A stretch of 64,000 nt of DNA from NCBI GenBank assembly GCA_010909165.1, contig MU008151.1, positions 744,001 to 808,000 on the forward strand, in the 5' to 3' direction. The notes under the pieces are model-generated. The model was not told the origin of the DNA. It saw nothing but the letters and a program-made list of their open reading frames with translations, and searched no databases. This document shows, piece by piece, positions 26,051-39,189 of this stretch. This stretch comes from Anthoceros angustus (taxonomy: Eukaryota; Plantae; Anthocerotophyta). Made by a program: the position numbers and the translations under genes. Positions within the stretch are counted from its first letter, which is position 1; each line of letters starts with the position of its first letter.

Positions 26051-26537
26051 CCTGTACATTTTCACGGCTTGAAAAGTTCTGATATTGGAGTCTCGAAGTG
26101 GACACTGTATGCAACCCCGTCACTAAGATGGGGGCTTGATCAGAATTGAAGCTATCAATTGGATGTATACAATGGAAATAGTTGCAAAATCAATGTTTCG
26201 ATTGTAAACACATTTCCAACAGATTCTGTGCACCTTGCATTCGGATTGCCATTAAGCGGCATGCAAGGTCTCCATAGTTTTCTGCAGCATCAAATACAGA
26301 AGGATCAGTTACGGTGGAGCATGACCCAAGTCTTGTCTGATCAAAGGTTGCAATTAGGCTGTAAAGGGACTTACATCTTGGGTTCCTGTGATTCAATGTG
26401 TTGGTCCGGCCCTTCCTGCCACGGTGTTCGTTCCTCCACGTGTTCAGCATTCATACATGTGCTTGTCACGGAGCAGCTCGGGGCTGGCAATGCTGTCAGC
26501 CTGCACCTGGGTATTCATTCACAGATCCCGGTCCCGT

Positions 26538-29500
26538 TTACGGCAACCAGTTCCTGCAAGGCAGAAACGCTTCCTCTCCAACATCAGACATTTCCTCCAA
26601 AGACAAGTCCAGGTGTGGTACATAACCTTCTCTCTGCATTCTGGAGACCAGCTGTTCCAGGCTTGCATATATTACGTCACTCTCAGGATGCTCCTTATCC
26701 CCAACCATAAAAGTGTGCACCACCCTTCCATGTCTGTCCACCCGCTCTGGCCTGCCTGCTTCCATGCCCCGATTCCCGTCCTTCTTGCCTGCATCTCCAA
26801 AGCCTCTTCCCACATCTGAGCACCGGTGTATATGTTCGACATCAACACATATGCTGCGGCATCTTTGTCGTCTAACTTCACTGCTTCATGGAAAGCATAG
26901 CGTCCCACCTCAACATTGCTCCACTTTTGACAAGCATTCAGTAAAGTGTGCCAAACTGCAGCGTCGGGGACTACGGGCATTGATCTTGCCCATGATAGTG
27001 CCTCGTCGAGTTGGCCTGCTCGACCCAGGAGATCCACCATGCAAGTGTAGTGCTCGGCTCTAGGAGGGATGCTGTACTGTCGCCTCATCACCTCGAAGTT
27101 CTCTCGCCCCTTGTGCACAAGACCCGCATGGCTGCATACTGTGAGCACACTGAGGAATGTGACCTCGTCTGGCTGTATGCCATCCTCTCTCATTCTGCGA
27201 ACCAAGTCAAAGACCACTACACTGTCTCCATGCCGGGCATTCCCTGCAATCAGTGCGTTCCAGGCGACTACATCTCTTTGGGTAATGCATCAAACACCTG
27301 TTGTGCATCAACCATGCTCCCAGACTTTGCATACATGTTGATCAAACTGATCGCTACAAACTCATCAGCTTGAAGCCCTTGTTCATCAATCTCAACATGA
27401 AGCTGCCTTCCCAGATGCAAAGCTGCCACATTCGAGCATGCCTGCAGGAGGCACACAAAATGTCACTGAATTGGGTGCAACGATGCCTTCTTCTTGCATA
27501 GCACTGTAAACACTAAGGGCCTTCTGACCCATGCCCTGCTGGGAATATCCTGCTATCATGGCATTCCATGTCGCCACATTTTTTTGAGTGAGACAATCAA
27601 ACACGCCCTGTGCATCCTGTAGGCTGCCACACTTTGCGTACATGTTGACCAGGCTGCAACCTACAACCACGTCAGTCTCAAGCCCTAGATCTCCGACCTG
27701 AGCATGGAGCTGCTTCCCCTTCTCTAAAGCTGGGGCGCCCACACTTGCACACGCGTGCAGGAGTGGCAGCGTTGCATGTGGGAAGGAAGCTGCATGCGGA
27801 GATAAAAGAACAAGGGCTTCAAGCTGATGCGTCTGTAGCCATCAGTTTGATAAACATGTATTCAAGTCCGGCAGCATGGGTGATGCACAACAGGTGTTTG
27901 ATGCATTGCTGGAAAGAGACATTGTCGCCTGGAATGCACTGATTGCTGGATACACTCGTCTGGAGACAGTGAACTGGTCATTGGGTTGATTCACAAAATG
28001 AGAGAGGATGGATTACAGCCAGATGGCGTCACGTTTCTTAGTGTAATAGCAGTCTGCAGTCATGCCTTCTTCTTGCATAGCACTGTAAACACTAAGGGCC
28101 TTCTGACCCATGCCCTGCTGGGAATATCCTGCTATCATGGCATTCCATGTCGCCACATTTTTGAGTGAGACAATCAAACACGCCCTGTGCATCAACCATG
28201 CTCCCAGACTTTGCATACATGTTGATCAAACTGATCGCTACAAACTCATCAGCTTGAAGCCCTTGTTCATCAATCTCAACATGAAGCTGCTTCCCTTCTC
28301 CAAAGCTGGAATCCCTGCAGGCAAAGGGCTGGACCAACTCAGGAAAGGAGAGTCGTCTCCTCGACTCAAGGCAGCAAATCAGGTTCTAGGTGATGCCGTG
28401 TCCTGAACCTACTGAAGTACAACTTTACCCTAAGAAGGCTTGATTTCCACTTCGGAGAAGCTGCGGACTTAAGGATCATCGTTCGCTTCGCATCTACGCA
28501 GTGCTAGACGTCATCAGGTCTCTCGTCTCCTCGACTGAAGGCAGCAAATCAGGTTCTAGGTGATGCCGTGTCCTGAACCTAATGAAGTACATACTTTACC
28601 CTACGCAGCTTGGGTTCCACTTCGGAGAAGCTGGGGACTCGAGGAACATCGTTTGCTTCGCATCTACGCAATGGTAGATGTCATCATCCTCAACCCGCCT
28701 GTTGCAGCCAGGTGATGAGCAAGCCGATGCGGTGCAGTTGCTCACAAGACGTGCTCACCAAGGTAGCATATGCTAATGCGAATCGGAACCTTGACAACCT
28801 GGCTGCAACCACCTGCAACACCTAATCCAGTGGACACTGGCATATGCCTCACCATCTCATGCAGAATCCACCATTCCTTGCAGCTTGCAAGCAGGCAACA
28901 ATGCAGGGAGCAGGGCATGATGTCGTTACTGGCCATTCATGCATGCTGATGAGACTGGAAGATCCTCCCAGCTCTGCCCTAGCTGGGAATCATACCTCTT
29001 CGTCATTCAGTGACTAGTGAGCTGTGAGTGCAGAGTCTGGGAGTTCACACGCCCATCGGGTGCAGAGTTTTGTGCAACGAAGGCTCGGTGTCATCTGAGT
29101 CCGCCGCCTCACACCCAACTCCACTCTGCTGGTCAGGCAAGTCAAAATCCGAAAGTGGTGCTTGCTCCTGGGGTCCCTAACTCAGACTCTCGAAGCTTTA
29201 CATCCATTGTGCTAAGTGCGGCATCCTACAAAGCTGGTTGAGGACTGTAGTTGAGCGGTAGAAGACTTGACTTGATGACTCTACCCATGTCCATGGCCAT
29301 CTCTGCGACAGGTTGCATAATCCAGCAAATTTGGGACGTTGCTGATCCATCAACCGACATTCTACTACCGTTCTTTTCAGGATTTCTAGCACATGGGACT
29401 ATCTTTGCCTGGATATGAGACGTTTGGCAAGAATTCGTGACTGAAGTATAGCAGGCTTGCACGTATGCTGGTGGTTGCAAGGTAAGGGCATAACTGCATT

Positions 29501-32478
29501 CTTGTTGCATAGCACTGTAAACACTAAGGGCCTTCTGACCCATGCCCTGCTGGGAATATCCTGCTATCATGGCATTCCAAGTCGCCACATTTTTGAGTGA
29601 GACAATCAAACACGCCCTGTGCATCATGTAGGCTGCCACACTTTGCGTACATGTTGACCAGGCTGCAACCTACAACCACGTCAGTCTCAAGCCCTAGATC
29701 TCCGACCTGAGCATGAAGCTGCTTCCCTTCTCTAAAGCTGGGGCGCCCACACTTGCACACGCGTGCAGGAGGCACAAAGGTTACGGAGTTGGGTACAGTC
29801 ATGCCTTCTTCTTGCATCGCATCGTATAGACAAAGAGCTTCCTGGCCCATGCCCTGCTGAGCATAACCGGCTATCAGAGCCGTCCAAGTAACCACAGTCT
29901 TTTCACCAAGTCCATCAAACACGCCCTGAGCATCCCTTAGGCTGCCACACTTGGCATACATGTTCACCAAGCTGTTGCCTACCACTACATGATGGTGAAG
30001 CCCACGTTCTGAAATCTGCACATGAAGCTGCTTCCCTTCTCCAAAGCTGGAATCCCACACTTGAACATGCCTGCAAGAGGCACAAAAGTCACAGAATCAG
30101 GCTCGCCCGTGCATTCTTGTTGCATAGCACTGTAAAGACGAAGAGCTTCCTGACCCTTTCTTCACCCATACGATTAGACTGCTTCAATCCTTCCTTCACC
30201 CATGCACGATTCTGCAGGCTTCTGTGAACTGCATCGAGAAAGACAGTTGGAATGACAAGTCCAAACTCTATATGTACAGGCTGGGCTTCACTCCACACCA
30301 CAAAAAACTCAATCGTCATGTGCGTGGTGGTTGTGGATAATGGAATTGGCCTACAGAGATGGAGTACATCGTGACAAAAAGGCGGGTATAGGTTTGACGT
30401 GGTCCGACGTTCTTGCACATAGCTTGGACGATGATTCAGCGGAGTAATCTGTGCTGTTCGCTGCGTTGCGTTCTTACACTCCTTGACTGATCCTTGGTCC
30501 GGAGGCTGTGAGAACTGGAAACAGAAACAGTGATGGAACAGAAACTGTTGTGTTGTGTCCTCCGGAGATGATTGGGCTGGCTTTGGCCAGCAACACTACG
30601 CTAAAGAAAGTGGAAGTTGAGTTGACTGTGCACACTGTCAGTATAAAAGTAATGCGACACCATCTCGTTACATGCCTTCCTGTTTCATTCTCTAGAACAA
30701 CTCGAAAAACCACTCTTTGGTGTGCTGAATTCACAGGTGCAGCCTGCAGTCAGTGCTTTCCGATGACAGTGTCTCTTTCAGGCAATCGTCAAACACGTTC
30801 TGAGCGTCTTCCAAACTGCCACACTTCGCATACATGTCCAGCAGGGAGTTACCAACAAACATGTCACACTCAAGCCCAGTGGCCAACACATGAGCGTGCA
30901 GCTGCTGCCCAGTTTTCAAGTCTGCTGCCCTTGCAGAAGCCTGTAGGCTGCCACACTTTGCGTACATGTTGACCAGGCTGCAACCTACAACCACGTCAGT
31001 CTCAAGCCCTAGATCTCCGACCTGAGCATGGAGCTGCTTCCCTTCTCTAAAGCTGGGGCGCCCACACTTGCACACGCGTGCAGGAGGCACACAAAGGTTA
31101 CGGAGTTGGGTACAGTCATGCCTTCTTCTTGCATCGCATCGTATAGACAAAGAGCTTCCTGGCCCATGCCCTGCTGAGCATAACCGGCTATCAGAGCCGT
31201 CCAAGTAACCACAGTCTTTTCACCAAGTCCATCAAACACGCCCTGAGCATCCCTTAGGCTGCCACACTTGGCATACATGTTCACCAAGCTGTTGCCTACC
31301 ACTACATGATGGTGAAGCCCACGTTCTGAAATCTGCACATGAAGCTGCTTCCCTTCTCCAAAGCTGGAATCCCACACTTGAACATGCCTGCAAGAGGCAC
31401 ACAAAGTCACAGAATCAGGCTCGCCCGTGCATTCTTGTTGCATAGCACTGTAAAGACGAAGAGCTTCCTGACCCTTGCCCTGCTGGGAATACCCTGATAT
31501 CATGGCATTCCAAGTCACCACATCCTTTCGAGGAAGCCCATCAAACACGTTCTGAGCGTCTTCCAAACTGCCACACTTCGCATACATGTCCAGCAGGGAG
31601 TTACCAACAAACATGTCACACTCAAGCCCAGTGGCCAACACATGAGCGTGCAGCTGCTGCCCAGTTTTCAAGTCTGCTGCCCTTGCAGAAGCCTGTAGGG
31701 CTGCCACAAACAAATGGCCATCTGGATTCACCCTGGACCTGCACATCTGATGATATAGTTGTATTGCCTGCTCGGGTTGCCCGTGTTTCACGTGCGCTGA
31801 GATGATAGAAGACCAGGTGAAGGCATCTGGTTCGGCAACCATGTCAAACACATCCATGGCCTCCTGCAACCTGGCATGAGAAGCATACATTCTCAGGATA
31901 TGGTTGCACAGGAAGGTGTCCGACTCATGCAGCTTTCTCACTGTAAGAGCATGGACCCGCCGACCCAGAACCAGATCCTTCTTCACCACACATTTCTTGA
32001 GCACACGGTAAAAGAGAGATTGAGGAACATGACAGTCTGTGTGCACCAGAAGTCCCAGAGCTTCCACAGCCTCCTTGAGATTGCCCTGCTCACATAGTTT
32101 GCTAACGCTCTCAGCTGTTGCTGAAACACCCACAGAAGTCAGCTGCTGTTCACATCTCTTCCCCCAATTTTCCTTTGTCGTTGACGGATCCAGAGGAGGC
32201 CCCGCCACCCTGGATGTGAGCGACATTCTGCGTCTTAGACGCCCATCGTGACCCAGCTGGGTAAACTCGGAGATGGCCTTGGGCCAGCGGTGGGTGAACG
32301 AGCATTTGCTTTCCCGGAGCAGCCTAGCTCTCCGGCTGTCGCCAGGAAATCTTGAGGCAATGGACGCGAACACTGCACTTTCCGTATGGCCGTCTTGCTC
32401 ATCTAGATATGGGTATGCATATGAACATGAGATATGGAGATGGGTGGTTGTGCCTCCGGCTGGAGCTTGCTGGCTCAT
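26538..32478 (-). CDS. PLS-class PPR protein C, E1-E2 plus truncated DYW:WW, interrupted by an approximately 3.2-kb mosaic
   Basis: The 5' part (ORF 31009-32517) and the 3' part (27742-26538) share near-identical sequence (about 30945-31083 = 27620-27760). The end reads WKQAGQSGWTDMEG...EGYVPHLDLSLEEMSDVGEEAFL with no HxE. Confidence 0.7.
27760..30945. other. Mosaic insertion: opposite-strand PPR-B copy (27760-28062), re-copied PPR-C segments (28063-28315, 29495-30160, 30790-30945) and foreign sequence
   Basis: 27760-28062 matches 23465-23772; 29705-30157 matches 31016-31475; an approximately 170-bp tandem duplication lies at 28353-28685. Confidence 0.75.
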
Positions 32479-32615
32479 GGGATCCTGGGGAACCAACGGG
32501 CGTGGCAGTGACGGCACAAAAGAGGAGGGAGCTATGTCGTGGCGCCCATCTCAATCAGACTGTTGAGGCTTTGGAAGCTCTGCTGCAGGGAGACTGTTGT
32601 TTTCCTGTTTCAGAC
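32450..32615 (+). pseudogene. Relic PPR-gene leader between the divergent genes C and D
   Basis: LRLELAGSWDPGEPTGVAVTAQKRRELCRGAHLNQTVEALEALLQGDCCF mirrors the family leader (VTA..V..LC..G.L..AVEAL..LVQ.D) but no repeats follow. Confidence 0.55.
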
Positions 32616-32743
32616 ATTCAGACAGACAGATTGCTCGGTGGAAGGAACAAACAGGTCGGACCACATGTTTGCTGGGCAAGCTTGGTACTGAAACGAAAGG
32701 ATCATCACCTGGTGGTGACTGATGGACATCGCACAGGAATGAT

Positions 32744-35700
32744 GTGCAGGAAGCTCGTATGCTCGCATCAAAGAAACGCATCGAATTCCACCTATTCTGC
32801 GCTCAGCCAGGCTCGGTGCCGATGGCTGTCTGGAACCTTAGAGTTGAGTCAAGCCAAGCGCAACTGGATCGATTGTGCGGAAGATCCCCTGCTCCCCCGA
32901 GCTCAGGGAACCAACGTTTGGCAAACAACCAAGTCGCCAGGTGCGGCACCTTTGTAACAAAGCCGGCACCTTCGGCGTGGGAGGATGCGCAAACTGATGG
33001 TAGCTTCCCGAAACATCCTAAGCTTCGCAGATACGAAAGGGGCGTCACGGTAACTGCGGAAACCGTGAACAAGCTATGTCACGAAGGCCATCTCGCTCAG
33101 GCTGTTGAGGCTTTGGGAATGCTGGTGCAGACAGACGATTGCATTTCCAAAGCTCTCTTTTACACTGTTCTTAAAAAATGCGTGGACAAGAAGGACCTTG
33201 TTCTGGGTTGCCGTGTACATGCTCTCACGGTGGAAATGGGGTATCAGTCGGACACGTTCCTGTGCAATCACATCCTGCGCATGTATGTTTCTCATGGCAG
33301 GTTGCAAGACGCGATGCATGTGTTTGCAGTGGTTGCCATGCCAGATGCCTTCATGTGGTCCTCCATCATTTCTGCTCATGTTAAACACGGACAAGACAAG
33401 CAGGCCATCCAGCTGTATCATCGGATGCGTAGGTCGAGTGTGAAGCCAGATGCCCATGTATTTGTAGCAGCACTCCAGGCTTGTGCAAGGGGAGCATATT
33501 TGACATCTGGGCAGGAGCTGCATTCTGATGTATTGGCTAGCGGCTTAGGCCATAACTTGTTTGTTTGCAATTCCTTGATTAACATGTATGCAAAGTGTGG
33601 CATGGGGCAGGAAGCCCTGCGTCTTTACAGTGCTATGCAACAAGAAGGCATCACGGCACCCGATTCTGTGACATTCGTATGCCTCTTGCAGGCTTGTGCA
33701 AACCTGGGGAACCCAGCTTTAGAGAAGGGAGGCAGCTCCATGCACAACTGAGAGAAGGAGGACATGAAGCTCATGTGTGTGGCCAACAGTTTGGTGAGCA
33801 TGTATGCAAAGTGTGGCAGCTTGGAAGATGCTCAAATAGTGTTTCAAGGACTGCGTGAAAAGAATGTGGTGACATGGAATGCCATGATAGCAGGATATTC
33901 CCAACAGGGCATGGGCCAGGATGCACTTCGTCTTCACAGTGCTATGGAAGAGGAAGGCATCACTACACCTGATTCTGTGACGTTTGTGTGCCTCTTGCAG
34001 GCTTGTGCAAACCTGGGGAACCCAGCTTTAGAGAAGGGAGGCAGCTTCATGCACAGATTCGAGAACAAGGGCTTCAGGGAGATGTGTCTGTAGCTAACAG
34101 TTTGGTAAATATGTATGCGAAGTGTGGAAGCTTGGAAGATGCTCAAAAGTGTTTGACGAGCTTGGTCAGAAGGATGTAGTGACTTGGACTGCTCTAATTG
34201 CAGGGTATTCTCAACAAGGCATGGGCCAGGAAGGCCTTCTTCTTTACAGTGCTATGCAAGAAGGCATCACGGCACCGATTCTGTGACATTCGTATGCCTC
34301 TTGCAGGCTTGTGCAAACCTGGGGAACCCAGCTTTAGAGAAGGGAGGCAGCTCCATGCACAACTGAGAGAAGGAGGACATGAAGCTCATGTGTGTGGCCA
34401 ACAGTTTGGTGAGCATGTATGCAAAGTGTGGCAGCTTGGAAGATGCTCAAATAGTGTTTCAAGGACTGCGTGAAAAGAATGTGGTGACATGGAATGCCAT
34501 GATAGCAGGATATTCCCAACAGGGCATGGGCCAGGATGCACTTCGTCTTCACAGTGCTATGGAAGAGGAAGGCATCACTACACCTGATTCTGTGACGTTT
34601 GTGTGTGCCTTGCAGGCATGTGCCAACGAGGGCACCCCGGCTTTGGAGAAGGGAGGCAGCTTCATGCGCAAATTAAAGAGCAAGAATTCCACGCTGATGT
34701 GCTTGTAGCCAGCTGTTTGGTAAATATGTATGCAAAGTGTGGCAGCTTAGAGGATGCTCAGAGTGTGTTCGACGGACTGCAATTAAAAGACGTGGTGACA
34801 TGGAATGCCATGATCGCAGGTATTCTCAGCAGGCATGGGTCAGGAAGCCCTCTATCTTTACGGCCGAATGCAAGAGGATGGCATGTCTGTTCCTAATTCC
34901 GTGACATTTGTGTGCCTCCTGCAAGCATGTGCAAATGTGGGCACCCTGGCATTGGACATGGGAAACAGCTGCATGCAGAAGTTCGAGATCAAGGGCTTCA
35001 GACTGACGTGGTTGTAGGTTGCAGCCTGGTTAACATGTATGCAAAGTGTGGCATGGGGCAGGAAGCCCTGCGTCTTTACAGTGCTATGGAAGAGGAAGGC
35101 ATCACTACACCTGATTCTGTGACATTTGTGTGCCTCTTGCAGGCTTGTGCAAACGAGGGCACCCCGGCTTTGGAGAAGGGAGGCAGCTTCATGCACAGAT
35201 TCAAGAACAAGAGCTGCAAGTTGATGTGTCTGTAGCTAACAGTTTGGTGAGCATGTATGCAAAGTGTGGCAGCTTGGAAGATGCTCAAATAGTGTTTCAA
35301 GGACTGCGTGAAAAGAATGTGGTGACATGGAATGCCATGATCGCAGGTATTCTCAGCAGGCATGGGCCAGGAAGCTCTTGGACTTTACGCTTCTATGCGG
35401 CAAGAAGGCATCACTACACCTGATTCTGTGACATTTGTGTGCCTCCTGCAGGCATGTGCCAATGAGGGCACCCCGGCTTTGGAGAAGGGAGGCAGCTCCA
35501 TGCACAACTGAGAGAAGGAGGACATGAAGCTCATGTGTGTGGCCAACAGTTTGGTAAATATGTATGCAAAGTGTGGCATGGGCAGGAAGCCCTGCGTCTT
35601 TACAGTGCTATGCAACAAGAAGGCATCACGGCACCGATTCTGTGACGTTTGTGTGTGCCTTGCAGGCATGTGCAAATGTGGGCACCCTGGCATTGGACAT

Positions 35701-38517
35701 GGGAAACAGCTGCATGCAGAAGTTCGAGATCAAGGGCTTCAGACTGACGTGGTTGTAGGTTGCAGCCTGGTTAACATGTATGCAAAGTGTGGCAGCTTGG
35801 AGGATGCTCAGGTGGTGTTTGATGGGCTGCATCAGAAGAATGTGGTGACATGGAATGCCATGATCGCAGGTATTCTCAGCAGGCATGGGCCAGGAAGCTC
35901 TTGGACTTTACGCTTCTATGCGGCAAGAAGGCATCACGGCACCTGATTCTGTGACGTTTGTGTGTGCCTTGCAGGCATGTGCAAATGTGGGCACCCTGGC
36001 ATTGGACATGGGAAACAGCTGCATGCAGAAGTTCGAGATCAAGGGCTTCAGGAGATGTGTCTGTAGCTAACAGTTTGGTGAGCATGTATGCAAAGTGTGG
36101 CAGCTTGGAGGATGCCCAGGTGGTGTTTGATGGGCTGCATCAGAAGAATGTGGTGACATGGACTTCTCTAATAGGAGGATACTCCCAACACAACATGGGC
36201 CAGGATGCACTTCGTCTTCACAGTGCTATGCAACAAGAAGGCATGGCTGTACCAGATTCTGTGACATTCGTATGCCTCTTGCAGGCTTGTGCAAGGGAGC
36301 ATATTTGACATCTGGGCAGGAGCTGCATTCTGATGTATTGGCTAGCGGCTTAGGCCATAACTTGTTTGTTTGCAATTCTTTGATTAACATGTATGCAAAG
36401 TGTGGCATGGGGCAGGAAGCCCTGCGTCTTTACAGTGCTATGCAACAAGAAGGCATCACGGCACCTGATTCTGTGACATTTGTGTGCCTCCTGCAGGCAT
36501 GTGCCAACGAGGGCACCCCGGCTTTGGAGAAGGGAGGCAGCTCCATGCACAACTGAGAGAAGGAGGACATGAAGCTCATGTGTGTGGCCAACAGTTTGGT
36601 GAGCATGTATGCAAAGTGTGGCAGCTTGGAAGATGCTCAAATAGTGTTTCAAGGACTGCGTGAAAAGAATGTGGTGACATGGAATGCCATGATAGCAGGA
36701 TATTCCCAACAGGGCATGGGCCAGGATGCACTTCGTCTTCACAGTGCTATGGAAGAGGAAGGCATCACTACACCTGATTCTGTGACGTTTGTGTGTGCCT
36801 TGCAGGCATGTGCAAGTGTCGGTGCCCTGGGTTTAGACAAGGGAAGCAGCTTCATGCACAGATTCGAGAACAAGGGCTTCAGACTGACGTGGTTGTAGGT
36901 TGCAGCCTGGTTAACATGTATGCAAAGTGTGGCAGCTTGGAGGATGCCCAGGTGGTGTTTGATGGGCTGCATCAGAAGAATGTGGTGACATGGACTTCTC
37001 TAATAGGAGGATACTCCCAACACAACATGGGCCAGGAAGCTCTTGGACTTTACGCTTCTATGCGGCAAGAAGGCATGGCTGTACCAGATTCTGTGACATT
37101 TGTGTGCCTCCTCCTGGCATGTGCAAATGTGGGCACCCTGGCATTGGACATGGGGAAACAGCTGCATGCAGAAGTTCGAGATCAAGGGCTTCAGGGAGAT
37201 GTGTCTGTAGCTAACAGTTTGGTAAATATGTATGCGAAGTGTGGAAGCTTGGCAGATGCTCAAAAAGTGTTTGACGAGCTTGGTCAGAAGGATGTAGTGA
37301 CTTGGACTGCTCTAATTGCAGGGTATTCTCAACAAGGCATGGGCCAGGAAGGCCTTCTTCTTTACAGTGCTATGCAAGAAGAGGTGTCGCTGTACCCAGT
37401 TCCGTGACATTTATGTGCCTCCTGCAGGCATGTGCCAACGAGGGCACCCGGCTTTGGAGAAGGGAGGCAGCTTCATGCGCAAATTAAAGAGCAAGAATTC
37501 CACGCTGATGTGCTTGTAGCCAGCTGTTTGGTAAATATGTATGCAAAGTGTGGTAGCTTAGAGGATGCTCAGAGTGTGTTCGACGGACTGCAATTAAAAG
37601 ACGTGGTGACATGGAATGCCATGATCGCAGGGTATTCTCAGCAGGGCATGGGTCAGGAAGCCCTCTATCTTTACGGCCGAATGCAAGAGGATGGCATGTC
37701 TGTTCCTAATTCCGTGACATTTGTGTGCCTCCTGCAAGCATGTGCAAATATAGCAGCCCTGCATTTGGGAAGGAAGCTACATGCACAGATTCAAGAACAA
37801 GAGCTGCAAGTTGATGTGTCTGTAGCTACCAGCTTGATAAATATGTATGGGAAGTGTGGGAGCATGGTTGATGCACAGCAAGTGTTTGATGCATTACCAC
37901 CCGGGAGGGAAGCCGTCTCCTGGAATGCACTGATTGCGGGATACACCCGCCAAGGAGACAGCGAAGTGGTCTTTGACTTGGTTCAGAAAATGAGAGAGGA
38001 AAGCATACAGCCAGACAGCATCACATTCCTTAGTGTACTAACAGTATGCAGTCATGCGGGTCTAGTGAACAAGGGAAGAGAGTGCTTCGACTCCATGAGC
38101 AGTCAGTATGGCATCTGTCCCTCAGTGGAGCACCACACATGCCTGGTGGATCTGCTTGGCCGTGCGGGCCGACTGTATGAGGCACTGGCGGTGGTAAGAA
38201 CAATGCCTGTATTGCCTAATGCTGCAGTTTGGCACACTTTGTTGGGTGCTTGTCAAAAATGGGGCAACATCGATGTGGGAAGCGATGCTTTCGATGAAGC
38301 AGTGAAGATAGACGATCAGGATGCCACAGCGTATCTGTTAATGTCTAATATATACAAGGGTGATCAGATGTGGGAGCAGGCACAGGCGATGCAGGCAAGG
38401 CGAATAAAAGTCAGGGCATGGAAGCAGCCCGGGCAGAGCTGGTGGACAGACATGGCCGGACTGGTGCACAGCTTTGTGGTTGGGGATAGGAAGCAACTCA
38501 AAGAGAAGCGGAGGTGA
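32744..38517 (+). CDS. PLS-class PPR protein D, E1-E2 plus disrupted DYW:WW; central array inflated by re-copied segments
   Basis: Leader and first repeats in ORF 32744-33751; terminal repeats and WKQPGQSWWTDMAGLVHSFVVGD in ORF 37432-38517; identical blocks recur at 33764, 34379 and 36569. Confidence 0.75.
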
Positions 38518-38960
38518 AACAGCTGGTTCCCAAGGCAGAAAATGAAGGATATGTTCCGCTTCTGCTGACGGACATACGTGATGGTTGGAGGGGGAATCAT
38601 TTCTGTGTGGGCACAGCCAGAAGCTGGCTATGAGCTAGGCACTTGAGCAACACACCCAAATGGAGTCCCAAACTCACTACGCAATGTCCGCCAGCTGTAC
38701 ATGTGGCTTCCCAAATGCAGGGCCAGTGGACAGACATGGCCGGACGGGTGCAGTGTTTTGTGGTCGGGGAAAGGAAGCATCTCAAATTGACACGGAGGCG
38801 AACTATTTCTGGAAGCTGGCGGACATATGCGATGGTGGCAGGGGGGACTTTTTGTGTGTGGGCACAGCGAGAAACTGGCTATGAGCTAGGCCCTTAAGCA
38901 ACACAGCCATCCAAAGGGAGTCCAACGATCACTTCTCAATCTCTGCCATTCGAGGTCGCC
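38518..38960 (+). pseudogene. Two tandem decayed DYW:WW remnants
   Basis: EGYVPLL...LCGHSQKLAMS* (38603-38638) and WTDMAGRVQCFVVGE...CGHSEKLAMS* (about 38725-38889); no CxxC follows. Confidence 0.75.
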
Positions 38961-39189
38961 TATTCAGACCTTCCTCCGCGGTAATCGTTCCGTTGGATTG
39001 CGTCCCCTCTGTGATGTCTCACAGACGAGACCGGCACAAGGAGAGCATGCAATTTGTCAAGGCCCTTATCAAATCTGAAGCAGAGATGGAGGTTCCCGTG
39101 ACCAGCGACCTGCACCTCTGGCCCGAGCGCATCACATTCCAGGTGACGGACCGGTCGGTGCCTCGCATACAGAGACTCTCCAGGGAGCA

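Noticed and set aside
12353-37450. Programmed frameshifting or insertion editing at the recurrent GAGAAGGGAAG site
   Set aside because: Intact paralogues have the longer G run, and indels also hit other homopolymers; sequencing error explains it more simply.
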